Below, piece after piece: positions 61,763 to 64,000 of a DNA stretch of 64,000 nt. The notes beneath the pieces are model-generated. The model made no database searches. It worked only from the letters and a program-made list of their open reading frames with translations, and was not told the DNA's origin. The stretch lies in NCBI GenBank assembly GCA_002633005.1, contig NMRA01000439.1, positions 124,001 through 188,000 of the forward strand. Direction: 5' to 3'. The DNA is from Phoronis australis. Its lineage: Eukaryota > Animalia > Phoronida. Made by a program: the position numbers and the translations under genes. Position 1 is the first letter of the stretch. The number at the start of each line of letters is the position of its first letter.

Positions 61763-62175
61763 CTAAACTAACTGTAGCGGGTGGACCTGTGGCGTCTGAT
61801 AGAAGTCTGCTGCCAACAGGCTTTCAGGGACGTCCGCCACTGCTATGGGCATGTGTTTTGGAGGACGTCCCCCTAGCTCCATTTCCAAACAGAATATGCC
61901 AACCACGTCAGCCGTGCGACTTTGGAATTAGCATTCCTCACCTCGGCGTACTCCACACCCATTGCGTGCGTGCCGCCCCACGCCTGACTGTCGCCCTGGA
62001 GCCCCTCGTTCGCACGGTTCCGTGAATACCAGATCCTAGCGAAGTCGCTTAATGATAGAACAGTCATATCAGCGGTCAGGTCCACACGGAACATAATCCA
62101 CTCGCCGTCCACCGACGCATCAAACCGTACCGCCGGCAGAGTTTTATACACCACTTCCTGCTGTTGGGCTGTCGT
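61763..62175 (-). pseudogene. ORF-A copy (duplicate of 54856-55254), with ORF-B block, PPT (61349-61362) and LTR head
   Basis: VYKTLPAVRFDASVDGEWIMFRVDLTADMTVLSLSDFARI... Confidence 0.7.
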
Positions 62176-64000
62176 TTGTGTACCGGGTAATCGTGTTCCT
62201 GTAATAGTTCCATATTTCTTACATATGTTACGTGTATCTTGTGACGATTTGGAATGTTAATAACCACCACCTTCCTTACAAGCAATAGTTACAATAAATT
62301 GCGAGACTGACGACTAACTGATATCACTCCTTTGATGGAAGACCCGCAAAGCGGTCGTCCTAAACCTGTTACTATACTACTTAAGTGTTGGAATTAACAT
62401 CTTGTAGCAAGTCATATAGAACTGATTTAGGAAAAAATACAGTTCCCTCCCCAGTGCCAGTGAGACAAAGTTTGTTATATATTTCGTCTGCTCATGACAC
62501 CTAAAACCATTTTCTATTTTTTGATATAGACACATACATATCTAAGATCTCGCCCAGTTTGTTACATGTCACGTCCTTCGGATTCTGATGTTGGTATCGG
62601 TTTAATGTGATTTTTACTGTCTAGCCTCTTTGTTAAACGCCTTGACATTCTTGTATTTTTCATTTTCTTTTTTTTACTATACACATACATATCTAAGATG
62701 ATGGGTCTCACCTAGTCTGTTACATGTCACATCATTGGGATACTGGTGTTGGGATTGGCTTAATGTGAATTTTACTGTCTAGCCTCTTTGTTAAACGCCT
62801 TGACATTCCTGTGACTACACCCCTGGCTTTTTAGAACTTTATAGTCTTCAAGGGAAAGGATGGTCATTGTTGTGGGGAATTGGATTCTAAAATGGATCCA
62901 GGCCCCTCAAGGACTGCACCCTTTGTAACTTGGTGTACAAAACGTTAGCGTTATGCTCACATTTAGGAGTTCACCTTGCTTACAAAACTTTTTATTGGCC
63001 ACAGTTCCTAAGCATGAAGCAATTCAAATTCACCGTTTTTAGTTGTTTAGATGTGCCATTATACATTAAATACATGGAATCTTGTTTCTGGTATTTGAGT
63101 TTGCTTGCTTACTGTCTGTTATAACCAACAATCCATCACAAACTACCAGTCTCCTACACTTCTACAGTCCCCTCAAGCAGGCTGCTATATTTGCGCCAAC
63201 ACCGAATCCATTCTGGAATAATTATTTAAACACTTATACACAAATCAAGTCCTACCTGACTCAAGGGTCAAGCAGTGAGGTCCAGTGGCATTTGAACCCA
63301 TGATCTTGAAAACGGCAGGCAGACACTTGGCACAGTGAGGCGACTTGGCCTACCTCTTCAGGTGCTTTCTTTTCTGTGTCATACTGAGCACTTAATAGAT
63401 ATCCAGTTGATCAAGAAAACGTTGAATAAAATAATGCCCAGGGTGCTAGTTCACCTTTCTTCGAAAATTTATCACCCTAAAACACCAGAAATTCCAATTC
63501 ACCTTGTCAGGTCCATCAATCACTGAGAACAAATATTGAAGTTTCTGAATAACAGGAACCTGGTGTTTGGTGTCGATGGTGGCGGAGAACCTGTTTGTAG
63601 ATGTTTTTCCCTGTGAAAAGCTCACATTTGGTGAAAACGCTAAACCAATGCCAAAAGGCAGCAAGTTACTGACACTACCATAATGAGTTAGCTTTTCTAG
63701 AAGCCCATGGTTCTCAAAAATGTGGGCAGATGTGTATACCCTTTCTGTAATTGAGAAGCATGTTGACTAAATCATTTTGAGATACCCCAAAATCTTGACA
63801 GACTGTCAAAAGACTAGCATTGCTATGTTTGTATTTTTTTCGTATGGACCACTTGGTAACTAAGAAGATGAATTCTCAATGTAAAATTCAATACAGTCTA
63901 AACCATAAAAACCTTTGGAAGATTAAGTAAAATCTGTTCTCTCATTGGTCACAGAACCAAGGATTGAGAGCCGTCACAAAGGACATTTGTGAACGTGGCC

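Noticed and set aside
52166-62322. Intact Polinton/Maverick element
   Set aside because: Only polB is present, fragmented and frameshifted; no long TIRs, 6-bp TSD, integrase or capsid genes were seen.

Overview
Intron-containing animal genomic DNA, probably a bilaterian invertebrate; the species cannot be determined from the sequence. It is about 38% GC by eye, with one assembly gap at 25781-25935. Four conserved genes are present: exon 1 of a DmX-like/Rabconnectin-3a gene (DMXL1/2, minus strand) head-to-head with a complete 5-exon DTWD2 (tRNA aminocarboxypropyltransferase); a complete 9-exon RPL4 with a TCT/TOP start and three intronic U18 (SNORD18) box C/D snoRNAs; and a complete XPA with 6 coding exons. 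MITEs, tRNA-derived SINEs and a decayed hAT transposon fill the introns and spacers. The last ~15 kb (48.6-62.8 kb) is an all-minus-strand mosaic. It holds six fragments of Polinton/Maverick protein-primed DNA polymerase B, joined at recurring breakpoints to LTR heads and 3' ends of an LTR retroelement that carries a small ORF family I cannot assign. The best candidates for something new are this Polinton-LTR chimeric array (possibly piRNA-cluster-like), its ORF family, and a structured poison-exon / C/D-like element in RPL4 intron 1. All coordinates were read by eye and no database searches were run.
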